A stretch of 58,220 nucleotides of DNA, the filler included, from Stramenopiles sp. TOSAG23-2 (taxonomy: Eukaryota): assembly GCA_900128395.1 (NCBI GenBank). It is 3 parts of 3 records of this genome, joined end to end, with 100 filler letters (N's around TTAATTAATTAA, not from the genome) between each part and the next. Parts side by side here need not be neighbours in the genome. Positions count along the whole stretch, not along the records: positions 38,972 to 58,220 come from LT649586.1; 2 more parts are not named here. One strand, 5' to 3'. Positions within the stretch are counted from its first letter, which is position 1. Each line of letters starts with the position of its first letter. Positions 41,901-53,438 of the stretch are shown here, piece by piece. The notes under the pieces are model-generated. The model saw nothing but the letters and a program-made list of their open reading frames with translations. It had not been told where the DNA came from and made no database searches. The position numbers were made by a program, and so were the translations under genes.

Positions 41901-43308
41901 ATACCCATACACGCGACGGGGTTACAATATCGAAAGAAAACTCAGGGCATCCTTTCTCTTTTGATGGACGTATATTTTCTACAGTACTTAAATCAATGAA
42001 ACCTTTTTGTAATTTCTTACGCTTTTCAAGATCTGCATTTTCTTGTTTATCACTTGTGACAACATGTGATAATGCTTTTATATCCTCAGCATTACCACTT
42101 CTCCTTCGCAACTTGTACAACGGATCCCTTGGTGGTTTTTCTTTAAAATAAGTCATTTTTTTCTCACCAACATCTAATTCAAAATATCGCACTTTATAAT
42201 CTGCGGTAAGCATATGTGATGTATTACCTTTCTTTCTCATTTTACCGCTATGATCATGTACTGCTGGGTCGTCAAGTGGATCGTATGATTTTGGTGTCGG
42301 ACTTCCCGCTTCTCGTTTCATTTTATTTGGTGTAAATTGTATCTCAACATCTACATACGCTTTATTTACTGGAAATGGTGCAAAAAATTCTGGCATTAAC
42401 ACGGATTGGTCTATCATCTCTTCTGATTTTACGTAATTGAAAATATCAAATTTAGTTTGATCCAAAAAAGCACGTGCTGCTTTTCTTTCAGTTGTATGAA
42501 CATTCGTTAAGCGTTTGATTTCCTCTTCCATTTTTGCTTCTTGTTTACTCCCTGTTGTCGATGATTTACGGAAATTAATAATTTGCTCTTGCAATTTTAA
42601 TTCTTTCAACATTTTACCTTGATTGTCGCCCCGTGCGTGAAGATGCGTGCCGTTCACAACTTGTAATAATTTCTCCCTATTCCAATCTGAATCAAATAGG
42701 ATTTTCCTTGCATTTAAAACACCTTTTAAATCATCATCGTTTAAACCTGCGCATATAGCTGCAATTTCCGAATCTATTGGTTCACTTTCATTGGTATCTT
42801 CTACAATATCATCTGCTAATTGTGACAGTTCCATACGTTTTGCTAAATCATCTACATCGCTATTGTTATTATTACTATCTGTATTGTCACGTGTCTGTAT
42901 GGCCGAACGTCTCATCGAATGCTTGCTAGCAATGGTTGATAACTGTTTGGATAGTTTTAAGTGTCTCTCAATTTTTAAAATATCCTTCGTATCAACCTCT
43001 TCTAAATCATCTAATTTTGCAACGCGTGGAGACACTGGTGGTGACGTGCTATTTTCTACAATTCCATCTCCTGTTGGTGCTTTATAATCACTTTTCATCT
43101 TTTCAACTGTGGCATCATCTAAATCAGCTGGTTTCTCCCATGATGTTTCGTTCGATATTGTATCCCAAAAATACCAATCCTCACCGTCTTTTAATATTTT
43201 CCAATCGCGTTTCTTTTTATCATCTCGTTTTTTAGGTGGTGGTGGTGGTGGCATACGTGCTACGCCACTTTCTGGCGCTTTCACCGCTTCTACTTTTTGT
43301 TCCTCCAT
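38972..43308 (-). CDS. Class I PI3-kinase-like protein, N-terminal part (WW-PH-RBD-WW-like-C2-PH), frame change near 39283-39340, 3' truncated by the gap
   Basis: WW DWKILKDGEDWYFWDTISNETSWEKP; PH YKVRYFEL..KGFIDLS..FDIVTPSRVWVL..EWLNIL; PI3K RBD ETVEQVITDAI..DYAFKVAGFFDFM..DYDYIANCV; PI3K C2 PFRVRVLG..NLCSSTRVVFQL..DFNGRLISGKHALRLFP; PH QWKRRWFIL. The kinase domain is not in the window. Confidence 0.7.
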
Positions 43309-44183
43309 TTATGTATGTATATATGTATGTGTGTGTGTATATATATATATATTGTCTAGTATTTATATTTATGCCGTATGTATGTATATATATTGTGACT
43401 AAGTATATATTATATATATAATATATCTCTCAAAAATGCTACAACACAACTACTATCTACAAATTTCACTTCTTTATTATAAATATAAAAGAAAAAACAA
43501 GATACTGTAAATGTTATTACAATTTCTTTTAATTTATTTCTACCAAAATTAAATTTACAAAGGTTAAACTATATATATATAAGAAAATGTGGTAATAATA
43601 AATGTATCTCTATCAATATTGCATCGCATTCAATTTTATTAATTCTATTTATTAATTATTAGTTTATTAATTTTAAAAATAATAATATTTTGCCACATCA
43701 TGGATCGCACTCCGAGAGCAGTTTAATTAATGCTATGTCCATGCTAGCCGGGGCTGGCTCAAAATTATCTTAAGTATGAAGAGGAGTGCCAGAGTGCTCT
43801 ATTTTAATTTTTTTCTGGCCTTGTGTGAATACTGGAACAGCCGCCAAGTGAAGCACTAAAGATCGATGAAAAAATACACAAGTTAAATTATATGTCGTTC
43901 AATTTTCAACTTACAACATCTTAATCTGGAGAACCCTATTACTATCACCATCAATTTCAGCAAAAAAATTGATGAAGTATATATATAATTAATCAAGTGT
44001 ATATACATGTGTACATATATGTTTTGCAAAAAGTTGTTTAACATAATATTAATAGTTAGCCAATCATTTTTACATTCAGCCTCCAATTATATTATTATTA
44101 TTACAATATACATTTTCCTTTATTAATTTTTGGATATAGAAATATACTGTAATTATATATTATTATTATATTGACGCAAGAAG

Positions 44184-45302
44184 ATGAAATATTTTTTTAT
44201 ATTAATTAGTTTTTTTTTGGCCACTGTTAAAAACGCAGAATCATCTTCCTCGGTGTTCACATGTCCAAAAATTGATATACCACCGATGCCACAAAATATA
44301 TCAAGGTTGCATCCTGGCCATGTATCGATTGTCATGGCTATGGGAGATTCCATCACTGCTGCATTCGCTGCAAGAAGTAATATATACGAAGCACGAGATA
44401 TCAGTTGGTCTATTGGAGAAGGTTCAGAAGATCAAGTTACACTACCATATATGCTTTCTTTTTATTCACCAAAAGTAGAAGGGCAATCTACGAAAGCTGT
44501 TATACCGAATAATTTTAGACATTTACCTGATGGTGATTATCACCCAGATACAGATAATTTAAATGTAGCAGAATCCCAAGCATCTGTTATAAATTACAAT
44601 TCTTTAGTTCAGCAATATTCATATTTACATCATGCTATGAAAAAATATGATGATGTTGATAATCGATGGAAAGTTTTTACATTATGGATGACGGCGAATG
44701 ATATTTGTAATAAATGTGATGAAACACTTTCAGATAAAAAATTAAACAAATGGCTTGATCGTACAGATACACTTTTGCAAAATGTAACATCTACAATGAA
44801 AAAAGTTTATATTAATTTGATTTCAACACTTGATTTATCTCGTATTGCCGCTGTACAAAGACATTATACATTATGCAAATTGGAACATAAATATCTTTTA
44901 AATGAATGTGGCTGTATTGATAAAGGTAATAAAACACAATTGAAACAATTAGATGAAAATATTCATTTAGTAAATTCAAAGTTACATGAATTGGCAGCTA
45001 AATGGTATACTAAATTAAAAGCAGAAGGTCGAACAGATGTAGCAATTGTTGTTCAACCATTTCAAGAAAATTTACGTGTGCCAATTGATTTAAATTTCTT
45101 AAACCATTTAGATTGCTTTCATCCATCATCATTGGGACATCAATCCTTAGCAGTTGGATTGTGGAATAGCATGTTATGCACGGATGATCGTGCCGGGCGT
45201 TGTGGGGATAAATTCGATGAACATTGGATTGCAAGATGTCCAGATGAAACCAGTTTCTTTTACACTGGCCCAGATGTAGTACCAACTGTACCACCGCAGT
45301 AA
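44184..45302 (+). CDS. PLB1: Secreted phospholipase B1-like SGNH/GDSL hydrolase
   Basis: Signal peptide; LHPGHVSIVMAMGDSITAAF, LNVAES, WKVFTLWMTANDIC, ECGC, VVQPF, LDCFHPS..HQSLAVGLWNSM. Confidence 0.85.
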   Translation: MKYFFILISFFLATVKNAESSSSVFTCPKIDIPPMPQNISRLHPGHVSIVMAMGDSITAAFAARSNIYEARDISWSIGEGSEDQVTLPYMLSFYSPKVEGQSTKAVIPNNFRHLPDGDYHPDTDNLNVAESQASVINYNSLVQQYSYLHHAMKKYDDVDNRWKVFTLWMTANDICNKCDETLSDKKLNKWLDRTDTLLQNVTSTMKKVYINLISTLDLSRIAAVQRHYTLCKLEHKYLLNECGCIDKGNKTQLKQLDENIHLVNSKLHELAAKWYTKLKAEGRTDVAIVVQPFQENLRVPIDLNFLNHLDCFHPSSLGHQSLAVGLWNSMLCTDDRAGRCGDKFDEHWIARCPDETSFFYTGPDVVPTVPPQ

Positions 45303-45642
45303 AAAAACGGAGGAGAATTGTCATTAACATAAAAATTCTGATTATGTATATTCAAAAGTGAGAATAATGGTACACGTAATGATGATTGTTATGGTGTGTT
45401 CTATATTTTATTTATTTTTTATGAAGTATGAAGTATAATTTTAGTATTCTAAAGTATATTCATTTCCTATACAAAATGCTACCATTTTTATCATTAATAA
45501 TAATATAAAAAATATATACATTTAAAAAATTGTTTCTATACATCATAGACAGTTTGAAATTGAATTATTGTATGCACATATCATCCAGGAATCACTTTCT
45601 AGTCAATCCCCCCCCTTTTTTTGTCGTCTTATACGTAACGAC

Positions 45643-47928
45643 ATGATGGAAGATATATTAAATAACAAAGAACATTTAGAAATGGATGAAAAAAATGTCA
45701 TTGCTATATTAAATAAAGCGGATGAAATTATACGTAATGCAAATATATTGGAAAGTGTATATTTAGATACATTCAATAAAAAGAATGAATATATCAAACA
45801 ACCTAACTTAGCTATTCAACGAATTGATGAGTATTTAATACAAATAGCACAACGCCATATAGAAGAAAGAAATAATAAAAAAATAGATAAAATTGTTAAT
45901 AGTAAAATTAAAGAAAATAATAGTGATATAGCAGATGATTTAGAAAATACGTTTGTCATTGATAAAACTCCAGAAAAATCCATGCATAGTTTAAATTCAA
46001 CTTTGCAACTTGAACAAAGTTATTTTGAAGATAATAGTTTGTTAGCAGATAACAATGATAATCATAATAACAGCGGTAGTCCAACAATTGATATAATAAC
46101 TGGTAGTGATTTATTGAAATTTACACAATCAGCATATACAGAAGATAATAATAACAATGATGATGACAACAACGAGGAGTATGATGTTGATGATAATAAC
46201 GAAACAATTGTGATTGAAAATAATAATAATAACAACAAGAAGAACAACAACAACAACCATATGAAAAGTCGTCTTCATAAAAGCAACAAGAGCAATAAAA
46301 CCAAAACACCAATTGTATTATCATTAAATAATGATTTTGAGGCAATTAATTTAACTAATTCTTTTAATCGAATTTCTATTGGATCAATTAATTTACCTGG
46401 TAATAATGACAATGATGAAGATGATCCGACTTATTTTCAAGATGAAGAGGATGAGGATCATAATAATAATAATAATAATAATAATTTATTAAATACCTCT
46501 TCATTATCACAATTATATTCTGAACATGTAGCAGAAATGTCAGCAAAAAAGAAAAAGAAGTTAAATAGGAGTGAAAATAATAATAACCACAATAACAAGA
46601 CTTTAGAGCATGATGATTATATCAACAACAACGATGATGATTGGTTAGACGATGATGAAATGTCTTCAAGTTTGAATAAATTATATAATGTGACAAATAA
46701 TACTGATACTGGTAGTGTTAATACTAATAATGGTAACAATCAACAACCAATGTCTATTCGTGTCTCTGTGATGAAACATCGTCGTAAAAAAGGTCAACAA
46801 CAACGTTTAAATGTCACACAATTAAAAAGCTATTCGTCTACTGTCAATAGATCTAATAATAGTAGTATTGCCAATGATGATAGTAGTAATGTGAAATTAA
46901 ATACATCCGTAACAACATCTGCAGTTAATGGTATGATAGAATCTTCATCATTGAATCAACATCAATATGCTGCAATTATATGGATGCTTTTACGAGAACG
47001 ACGAGTTAAAATAGCAAAACGTTTATCTGAAATGGTATTTGGTAAATCATATTATACTGATCTCCTTTCAAATAATAATGATGGTGATGATGACGATGGC
47101 GATACAAACAAAATGAAGCAACAACAAGTTGGTTCTTCTTATGATTTTACAATGAATAATAATAATAATAATGATGATATAAAAAATAATAATATATTAT
47201 CATTTCTTCATGGTGGTATATTAGCAGATGAAGCTGGTTTGAAAAAAACAGCTACAATATCATCGTTCATGTCAATAGCTACGACTAAGATAAAAGGCAA
47301 GACTCAACATCCTTCTATTATAATTACATCACCATCGCGTGTAGATTTATGGAGACAAGTTTTATCATGTGTCCCAAATTTAAAAGTACATTTTTATACA
47401 AAAAAAAAAGCTGCTCGTACACATAGTGTAAGCATTTTGTTAGATCCAACAAATTATTTTGATAAATACGATGTTGTAGTGACAACATTTTCAATTATAA
47501 CTTGCAACGAAGTAGATTCCAAAACGGCAGTGCGTAAAAGTGCATGGATAAAACGTATCGAACAAACACCATCGCCAAATAATAGCAATAAAAGAAAGAC
47601 AAATGAAAATAAAGTAACATTTTTACATTTAACATTTTTTCAACGTGTTGTGCTAGATCAAGCACATACATTTGCTACTACTACATCGAAGAAATATATA
47701 GCAATACGTAATTTAAAGTGTCGTTATCGATGGTGCTTATGTGATGATGTTCCCGTCACGCCAAGACGTTTAAGTACTTTATTGACCTTTTTAACAGAAG
47801 GGAATGATAATAAATTATCGATTGAACAAATTGCATCGATAGCAGCTGCTAAAGATGTTTGTGCCGGTAGTAAATATCCAAAACCAAATGTGATTATGTT
47901 ATCCAGGGAGAAAAGTGATATACTTTGA
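45643..47928 (+). CDS. Low-complexity protein with a degenerate SNF2_N (RAD5/HLTF/TTF2-like) ATPase lobe and no C-terminal helicase lobe
   Basis: GGILADEAGLKKT, YDVVVTTFS, FQRVVLDQAH, RYRWCL..TP..LSTLLTFL, then a stop ~45 aa later. ATG of MMEDIL is at 45643. Confidence 0.7.
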   Translation: MMEDILNNKEHLEMDEKNVIAILNKADEIIRNANILESVYLDTFNKKNEYIKQPNLAIQRIDEYLIQIAQRHIEERNNKKIDKIVNSKIKENNSDIADDLENTFVIDKTPEKSMHSLNSTLQLEQSYFEDNSLLADNNDNHNNSGSPTIDIITGSDLLKFTQSAYTEDNNNNDDDNNEEYDVDDNNETIVIENNNNNNKKNNNNNHMKSRLHKSNKSNKTKTPIVLSLNNDFEAINLTNSFNRISIGSINLPGNNDNDEDDPTYFQDEEDEDHNNNNNNNNLLNTSSLSQLYSEHVAEMSAKKKKKLNRSENNNNHNNKTLEHDDYINNNDDDWLDDDEMSSSLNKLYNVTNNTDTGSVNTNNGNNQQPMSIRVSVMKHRRKKGQQQRLNVTQLKSYSSTVNRSNNSSIANDDSSNVKLNTSVTTSAVNGMIESSSLNQHQYAAIIWMLLRERRVKIAKRLSEMVFGKSYYTDLLSNNNDGDDDDGDTNKMKQQQVGSSYDFTMNNNNNNDDIKNNNILSFLHGGILADEAGLKKTATISSFMSIATTKIKGKTQHPSIIITSPSRVDLWRQVLSCVPNLKVHFYTKKKAARTHSVSILLDPTNYFDKYDVVVTTFSIITCNEVDSKTAVRKSAWIKRIEQTPSPNNSNKRKTNENKVTFLHLTFFQRVVLDQAHTFATTTSKKYIAIRNLKCRYRWCLCDDVPVTPRRLSTLLTFLTEGNDNKLSIEQIASIAAAKDVCAGSKYPKPNVIMLSREKSDIL

Positions 47929-48161
47929 GGTGATTTTTCTACGTAGTTTCAATAGTCCTTGGTTCTATATATATTATTGTAAATTTATATATTTAGACAT
48001 CATATAGGGCATATTTGGTATTCTATTTAATACTTTCACATATTATTAATATTTGTGTTGTCCGGCGAGGTTGTTGTTGAGAAACGTAGAAACGTTTCAA
48101 TTATTATAGTTGTTTGCAAAAAACAAAAAATGTCAAGAGTTTTTGATAATAGGTAAAAGCA

Positions 48162-49796
48162 ATGCAAAATAATAATTCTGATAATACGTCACCATCACCA
48201 AACGGTAATACTACTAATAATAAGAATGATAACAATAATATGAATAATAATAATAATAAAAATACAAAAATTAATAAAGATAATTCTCCAACATCATTAA
48301 TATTACGTAATGTTAATTTAATTGATATAAATATACTAGATATCAAAAATAAATTAGTACATATAAAATCTCCATTAGCTTCTATGTCAAATGATGCGAT
48401 AATGAATGCATCTCATGTTGATTTTAATAATAATGATTTAATATCATTGGCTGGTATTGAAATATTTAAATATCTTGTACATTTGAACCTTGCAAAAAAT
48501 AACATATTGCCATCAACTTTACAATATATTCCATCAATAACTGCTTCAAATATTACACATTTAAATTTATCACAAAATAATTTAACGAAAATACCATGGA
48601 ACGAATTGAAAAAATTAACAAATTTAATCGATATCAACTTTGATTATAATAACATTGATGATATAAATGTAAATGACATTATGGAACATGCAGTAGCTAC
48701 GTTACCATTAAAATCAATATCATTAAAAGGCAATAAAATAAAGAATGTCAATGGATTGCAATATTTTTCTTCTATTGATTTTTTAGATTTAAGTGAAAAT
48801 TTATTATCTACTTCTTTTGTGAATAATGGAATCAAATTATTAAACGATCCATCTTTATCTATACAAAATTTATCATTAATGAAAAATGAGGTATGTAAAT
48901 CAAAATGCTATACGCATACAATATATGAATATTTTCCATCATTGAAAATTTTAGACGGTAATATGATTATGTTGAATGAAAAAGAACGAAGAAAACGATG
49001 TAATCAATTAAAACGACGATGTGGCTGTCCAATAATTATAAAAGGCATAAGAGAACGTCCAAAAACAATTGTATGCATTCCTGTTGATGATGATACAAAA
49101 AAGGAAAGTTTATCATCACCTGTCGCGGTTTTATCACCAGTACAAATTGAAAAGAAAGTAATTGTAAAATCACCAAAAACGGAAAAAGAAACACAATTAA
49201 AATGTTTAAATGAATTAAGTATTGAAGAAAAGAAAGATAAAGTTGTAGCAAGTACTACTACTACTATGCCGAAAAAAAAAGTAATTATAGCAACAAGTAA
49301 ATATAAACACCCAGCAACAAAAAAATCACGTATACCATTATCAAAAAGAACAAAATCTACTCCTGTATATAAACAATTTGTTAAAAAAGGAGATAACAAT
49401 AAAAATAAAAAAGTAGAACAACTTCGTCCTGGAAAATTATTAAATCAATCATTTACAAAATTAAATGGCTTTAATAGTAATCGTAATGGATCATTGCCAT
49501 TAAGATTACTTGGAAGAAATAAACGACGTGGTAATTATAATAAATTTACACGAATTATACAATCACGACGTAGAAATATGGTGAAACAACAAGAATATGA
49601 ATGGAATCAACAACAATTACAAATGATGGCAATGATGCAGCAACAACAAATTAATAATAATGAGGATGGAAAAGAACATGAAGTGCAACATCCTCAACCA
49701 CCATCATCACCAGCACCATCTAATAATAATGCAAAAGCATCTCCAAGGGTAACTAAACATTTACAACAAGAACAACAACAACAAGTAAGAGTGTAA
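48162..49796 (+). CDS. SDS22-type leucine-rich repeat protein with LRR cap and basic/disordered C-terminus
   Basis: LVHLNLAKNNI, ITHLNLSQNNL, LKSISLKGNKI, IDFLDLSENLL, LSLMKNEVC..Y..FPSLKILDG. Confidence 0.8.
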   Translation: MQNNNSDNTSPSPNGNTTNNKNDNNNMNNNNNKNTKINKDNSPTSLILRNVNLIDINILDIKNKLVHIKSPLASMSNDAIMNASHVDFNNNDLISLAGIEIFKYLVHLNLAKNNILPSTLQYIPSITASNITHLNLSQNNLTKIPWNELKKLTNLIDINFDYNNIDDINVNDIMEHAVATLPLKSISLKGNKIKNVNGLQYFSSIDFLDLSENLLSTSFVNNGIKLLNDPSLSIQNLSLMKNEVCKSKCYTHTIYEYFPSLKILDGNMIMLNEKERRKRCNQLKRRCGCPIIIKGIRERPKTIVCIPVDDDTKKESLSSPVAVLSPVQIEKKVIVKSPKTEKETQLKCLNELSIEEKKDKVVASTTTTMPKKKVIIATSKYKHPATKKSRIPLSKRTKSTPVYKQFVKKGDNNKNKKVEQLRPGKLLNQSFTKLNGFNSNRNGSLPLRLLGRNKRRGNYNKFTRIIQSRRRNMVKQQEYEWNQQQLQMMAMMQQQQINNNEDGKEHEVQHPQPPSSPAPSNNNAKASPRVTKHLQQEQQQQVRV

Positions 49797-50131
49797 AATA
49801 TATATGTATATTTTTGTGTTGTATTTTTTTTTTTACTCTATAGCATTTATATTATTATTCTTCTAATAATTATGGCACTAAATTATTATTCTTGAAAATA
49901 TTTATATATACTATCATATTCATATTACATACAAAAATAATGTATACGGACAAATGCAACATAAATAATAGAACACAAAGCACAAAAATAATATAGAAAG
50001 TTGTTCAAGTTACTACGTATATGTACAAGTTGTATAATTGAATTGAATCTTTTTGTAAAATATTATAGAGATTAATATTTAAAAATTGAATTTATCAAAT
50101 TAAAATAAGTTTTTTATACATCTGTATTTAA

Positions 50132-51109
50132 ATGACAACCATTGTTTCAACTGTAAATAATAATAATATCGCACCAATATTAATAGAGGATCCAAGTGAT
50201 ATTCGAGTTAATATATTTCATAATTTAAAAGATGCAAAAGCAACAATACGAGATGGAATGTTTATCGCTGAAGGGCCTGAAACCATACGTTTATTATTAA
50301 ACAATACTTTAGATATTGAACCAAAAATATTATTATTGAAACCAAGTATTTTTGAAAAATTATCACCTGCCATAGAAAATTGTAAATATAAAGATTCTTT
50401 GAAAGTTTATATAATGAATGCAAAATTAATTGCAAAATTAGTTTGTTTTAATAGTTGTAGAGGTTCTTTAGCAGCTGGTATACGACCCACTCATCATAAT
50501 CTTTCATATTGCATCGAAAAAATGGTATCTTATTCAATCAAAAGTACTACTGATGGTACCACCACAATCAATAGTAATAAAAAAAATGCAAAATCATCAA
50601 ATCATCATGAATGGCGTATATTAGCTATAGATGGTAGTAATAATGCTGCAAATATTGGATCAATGATTCGATCTGCAAGTGCATTTGGTATAAATTTAAT
50701 TTTATTAAGTCATGATTGTTGTGATCCATATTATCGTCAAAGTATACGAGTTTCTGTTGGACATATATTTAACATTCCAACTATTCAAGTAGTGAATTTA
50801 AAAGATACATTATCCATGTTAATGAATGAACATGGTGTTTCAGTATTTGCTGCTGTTATAGATAAAAATGCACATTTATTAAATCATCAATTTTTACAAA
50901 CAAATTTATCATCAACAAAACGCTGGGTTATTATTCTTGGTAATGAAGATAAAGGTATATCAACTGAGATTATATCAGATGATAAAATTATTAAAACACG
51001 GATAGATATGGAGACGGGAGTTGATTCATTATCGATTAACAATGCATGTGCAATCTTTTTATATGCCTTTGTTTCGGCTGGTACAGTAAATAGAAAAGGA
51101 GAGAGTTAG
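50132..51109 (+). CDS. SpoU/TrmH-family SPOUT RNA 2'-O-methyltransferase
   Basis: FIAEGP, NIGSMIRSASAFG, CDPYYRQSIRVSVG, ILGNEDKGIS, IDMETGVDSLSINNACAI. Confidence 0.9.
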   Translation: MTTIVSTVNNNNIAPILIEDPSDIRVNIFHNLKDAKATIRDGMFIAEGPETIRLLLNNTLDIEPKILLLKPSIFEKLSPAIENCKYKDSLKVYIMNAKLIAKLVCFNSCRGSLAAGIRPTHHNLSYCIEKMVSYSIKSTTDGTTTINSNKKNAKSSNHHEWRILAIDGSNNAANIGSMIRSASAFGINLILLSHDCCDPYYRQSIRVSVGHIFNIPTIQVVNLKDTLSMLMNEHGVSVFAAVIDKNAHLLNHQFLQTNLSSTKRWVIILGNEDKGISTEIISDDKIIKTRIDMETGVDSLSINNACAIFLYAFVSAGTVNRKGES

Positions 51110-51375
51110 AGTATGATACATTTTTAAAATATTAAAAAAATAATTTTTGTTTTAAATAATAATTTATACACACACATGGAGGATTTTTTTTAAAAGCACA
51201 TACCACCAGTATATATATATACATACACATGCATGCGTTACAAACATACTTCTCTACACAAAATATATGATACGAACCGTAATCATTTGTAGAGAAGAAA
51301 CTACGCACTAGAACACAATTTTTTTATAAATATATCAAAGGTGACATCATTAATACCACACATATTTCTTTTATT

Positions 51376-52761
51376 TTAAGCATTGAAATAATATGCCCCT
51401 TCTTCATCTTGTAATAAACTGACTTTAGTTGCTACATGACGTGCTAATTTCACAGCTGCATTGAAACCTTCCGTCAATGTTTGTGCAACATCACTTATAC
51501 GTTTATAGACGACTTCGTTATTATTAGTACCACCATCAATATCTCCTAATAAATTGAAATCTTCTTCTTCATCTTCATTAACCGGTTCAACCATTTCCAG
51601 TGTTGCTACTGCCCAATCTTCTTGACACATTTGTTTAATTTTTGGTATTAAACAAATATATTCAACAGTCACTTCATCTCCTGGAATGAAACCACGTATT
51701 AACAATCCAATGCAACCATCTGAACCATTTGGATGTCTCATACCAATTTCAATCACAGTAGTACGAACATCAACACGTTCAGTCTCACCAACCGTAAATG
51801 TAATTTCTTCTTCCAATAAAATTACTTCATGAGATGGTGTTGGTTTTTGTGGAACTTGCAGCAATTGTTGTTGTTGTTGCCCATCAAAAGGGGGTTCAGT
51901 ACCTTGAAGACCATCTTCATATGGACCTAAACCAGTGCCTCTAGATCCTGCTGTGGACATTCGTCCTTCTGCCGTATTTGGTCGATATGCCATTGAATCC
52001 GATGTACTTGGCCTGTATGCCATTGATTCCGAAGTTCCTGGTCTTGATTTAAACGTACCACTACCACCACCACTTGATCGCATACCACCTCTACTACGTG
52101 TCATTCTTGAACTTCCACGTGTACCTGGTGTAGAAAACCTTCCATCCGTTGTCATTGACATCGTACTACCAGATGTACGTGGACGTCTACGACTTTGCGA
52201 TGAGCCAATATTTCTTAAATGACGTCTTCTTAAGGAACCTTGTGATTGCGATGTCATCGGTCGCAATTTACCATGCTTATCAAATTTATTTAATATATAT
52301 GGATATTCTCCCATATGTTCCAAATGTTTCTCCAATACTACACGTTCTTGCTCCCATTTTTGTACATCATAATATGGTTTTGTTTTTTGAATACGTTGTA
52401 ACATAACTTTGTTTTTCTGATTGATCTTTTTCAATCTAGCCACGCGATGCGGGTAGTTTAACGATTTGCAAAACTGTCTTGACGTATTATGCATATCTAT
52501 TGAATTATGTTGCATAATCCATGACATTTTTTCCAATAGCATACGATTATCACGTTCAATTGCAGTAAACCTTTCTTCTTGCATTTGTTCTTTTTTTAAA
52601 TTACGGCGTTTTACACCTTTTTTTACATTTCTGTACGAATATGGGACTTCATTATCAACTGATTTTGTGACGCGTTTTAATCTTCGTCTGTATGACCTTT
52701 TTTTTCGTTCCATGTCCTTTTTCTCACAGATCCGATTCTGTACCATCATACGGCGATACAT
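51376..52761 (-). CDS. CFAP97/KIAA1430/Hemingway-family ciliary protein
   Basis: KKEQMQEERFTAIERDNRMLLEKM..SLNYPHRVARLKKINQKNKVMLQRIQKTKPYY..WEQE. Confidence 0.8.
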   Translation of the reverse strand: MYRRMMVQNRICEKKDMERKKRSYRRRLKRVTKSVDNEVPYSYRNVKKGVKRRNLKKEQMQEERFTAIERDNRMLLEKMSWIMQHNSIDMHNTSRQFCKSLNYPHRVARLKKINQKNKVMLQRIQKTKPYYDVQKWEQERVVLEKHLEHMGEYPYILNKFDKHGKLRPMTSQSQGSLRRRHLRNIGSSQSRRRPRTSGSTMSMTTDGRFSTPGTRGSSRMTRSRGGMRSSGGGSGTFKSRPGTSESMAYRPSTSDSMAYRPNTAEGRMSTAGSRGTGLGPYEDGLQGTEPPFDGQQQQQLLQVPQKPTPSHEVILLEEEITFTVGETERVDVRTTVIEIGMRHPNGSDGCIGLLIRGFIPGDEVTVEYICLIPKIKQMCQEDWAVATLEMVEPVNEDEEEDFNLLGDIDGGTNNNEVVYKRISDVAQTLTEGFNAAVKLARHVATKVSLLQDEEGAYYFNA

Positions 52762-53438
52762 GATGGTGATATGTTATATAATATAATTTGGACTGAAACT
52801 AAACCTTATATCTAAATTATTACAAACACGTTTTCACTGATTATAAAAAAACAAACTTTTGTTTAAACAATCAAACTTCCGTACCAACCAATATATATCT
52901 ATATATATATATATTCTATCCCACTTCACTCGGTCTAATTTAAATATCGATTGACAATTATTATATATATATATGAAACCACCCTCTCCATAGTCAATAT
53001 ACACATATATATATATTTATACCTTGTTATAAATAAGCGGATATATATGTATAGATAGAAATGATGATGATGACCATATTCAAGCCTATTTTTGTCAATT
53101 TTAATCAAATCTTAGATCTTATTTACCTGCTATGTACCTGTATTCAAAAATGACATTTTTTTATAAAATTTTTTATCGTATTCACGCCGTAACGGAATAG
53201 AGAGAGAATATGATCGTCATAGAGGCCGAAAAATATCCGAAACCAGGTTCGACAACAAAAAAAATAAAAAAAAGAAAAGAGAGTCAATCTAACACTATTT
53301 TTTACTAAAATTTAAAATTCATAGAACACTATATATATAGTATATTTCAATTGAAAGAACAAGTTGATTGTGTTTTTATTTTATGTCCTTTTAGACAGAA
53401 AGAAACGAATCAACCATTCCATTCATCTATCTATCAAT

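Noticed and set aside
34152..43308. GPCR next to PI3K as a linked signalling cluster
   Set aside because: They are separated by an artificial contig join, so adjacency is unsupported.
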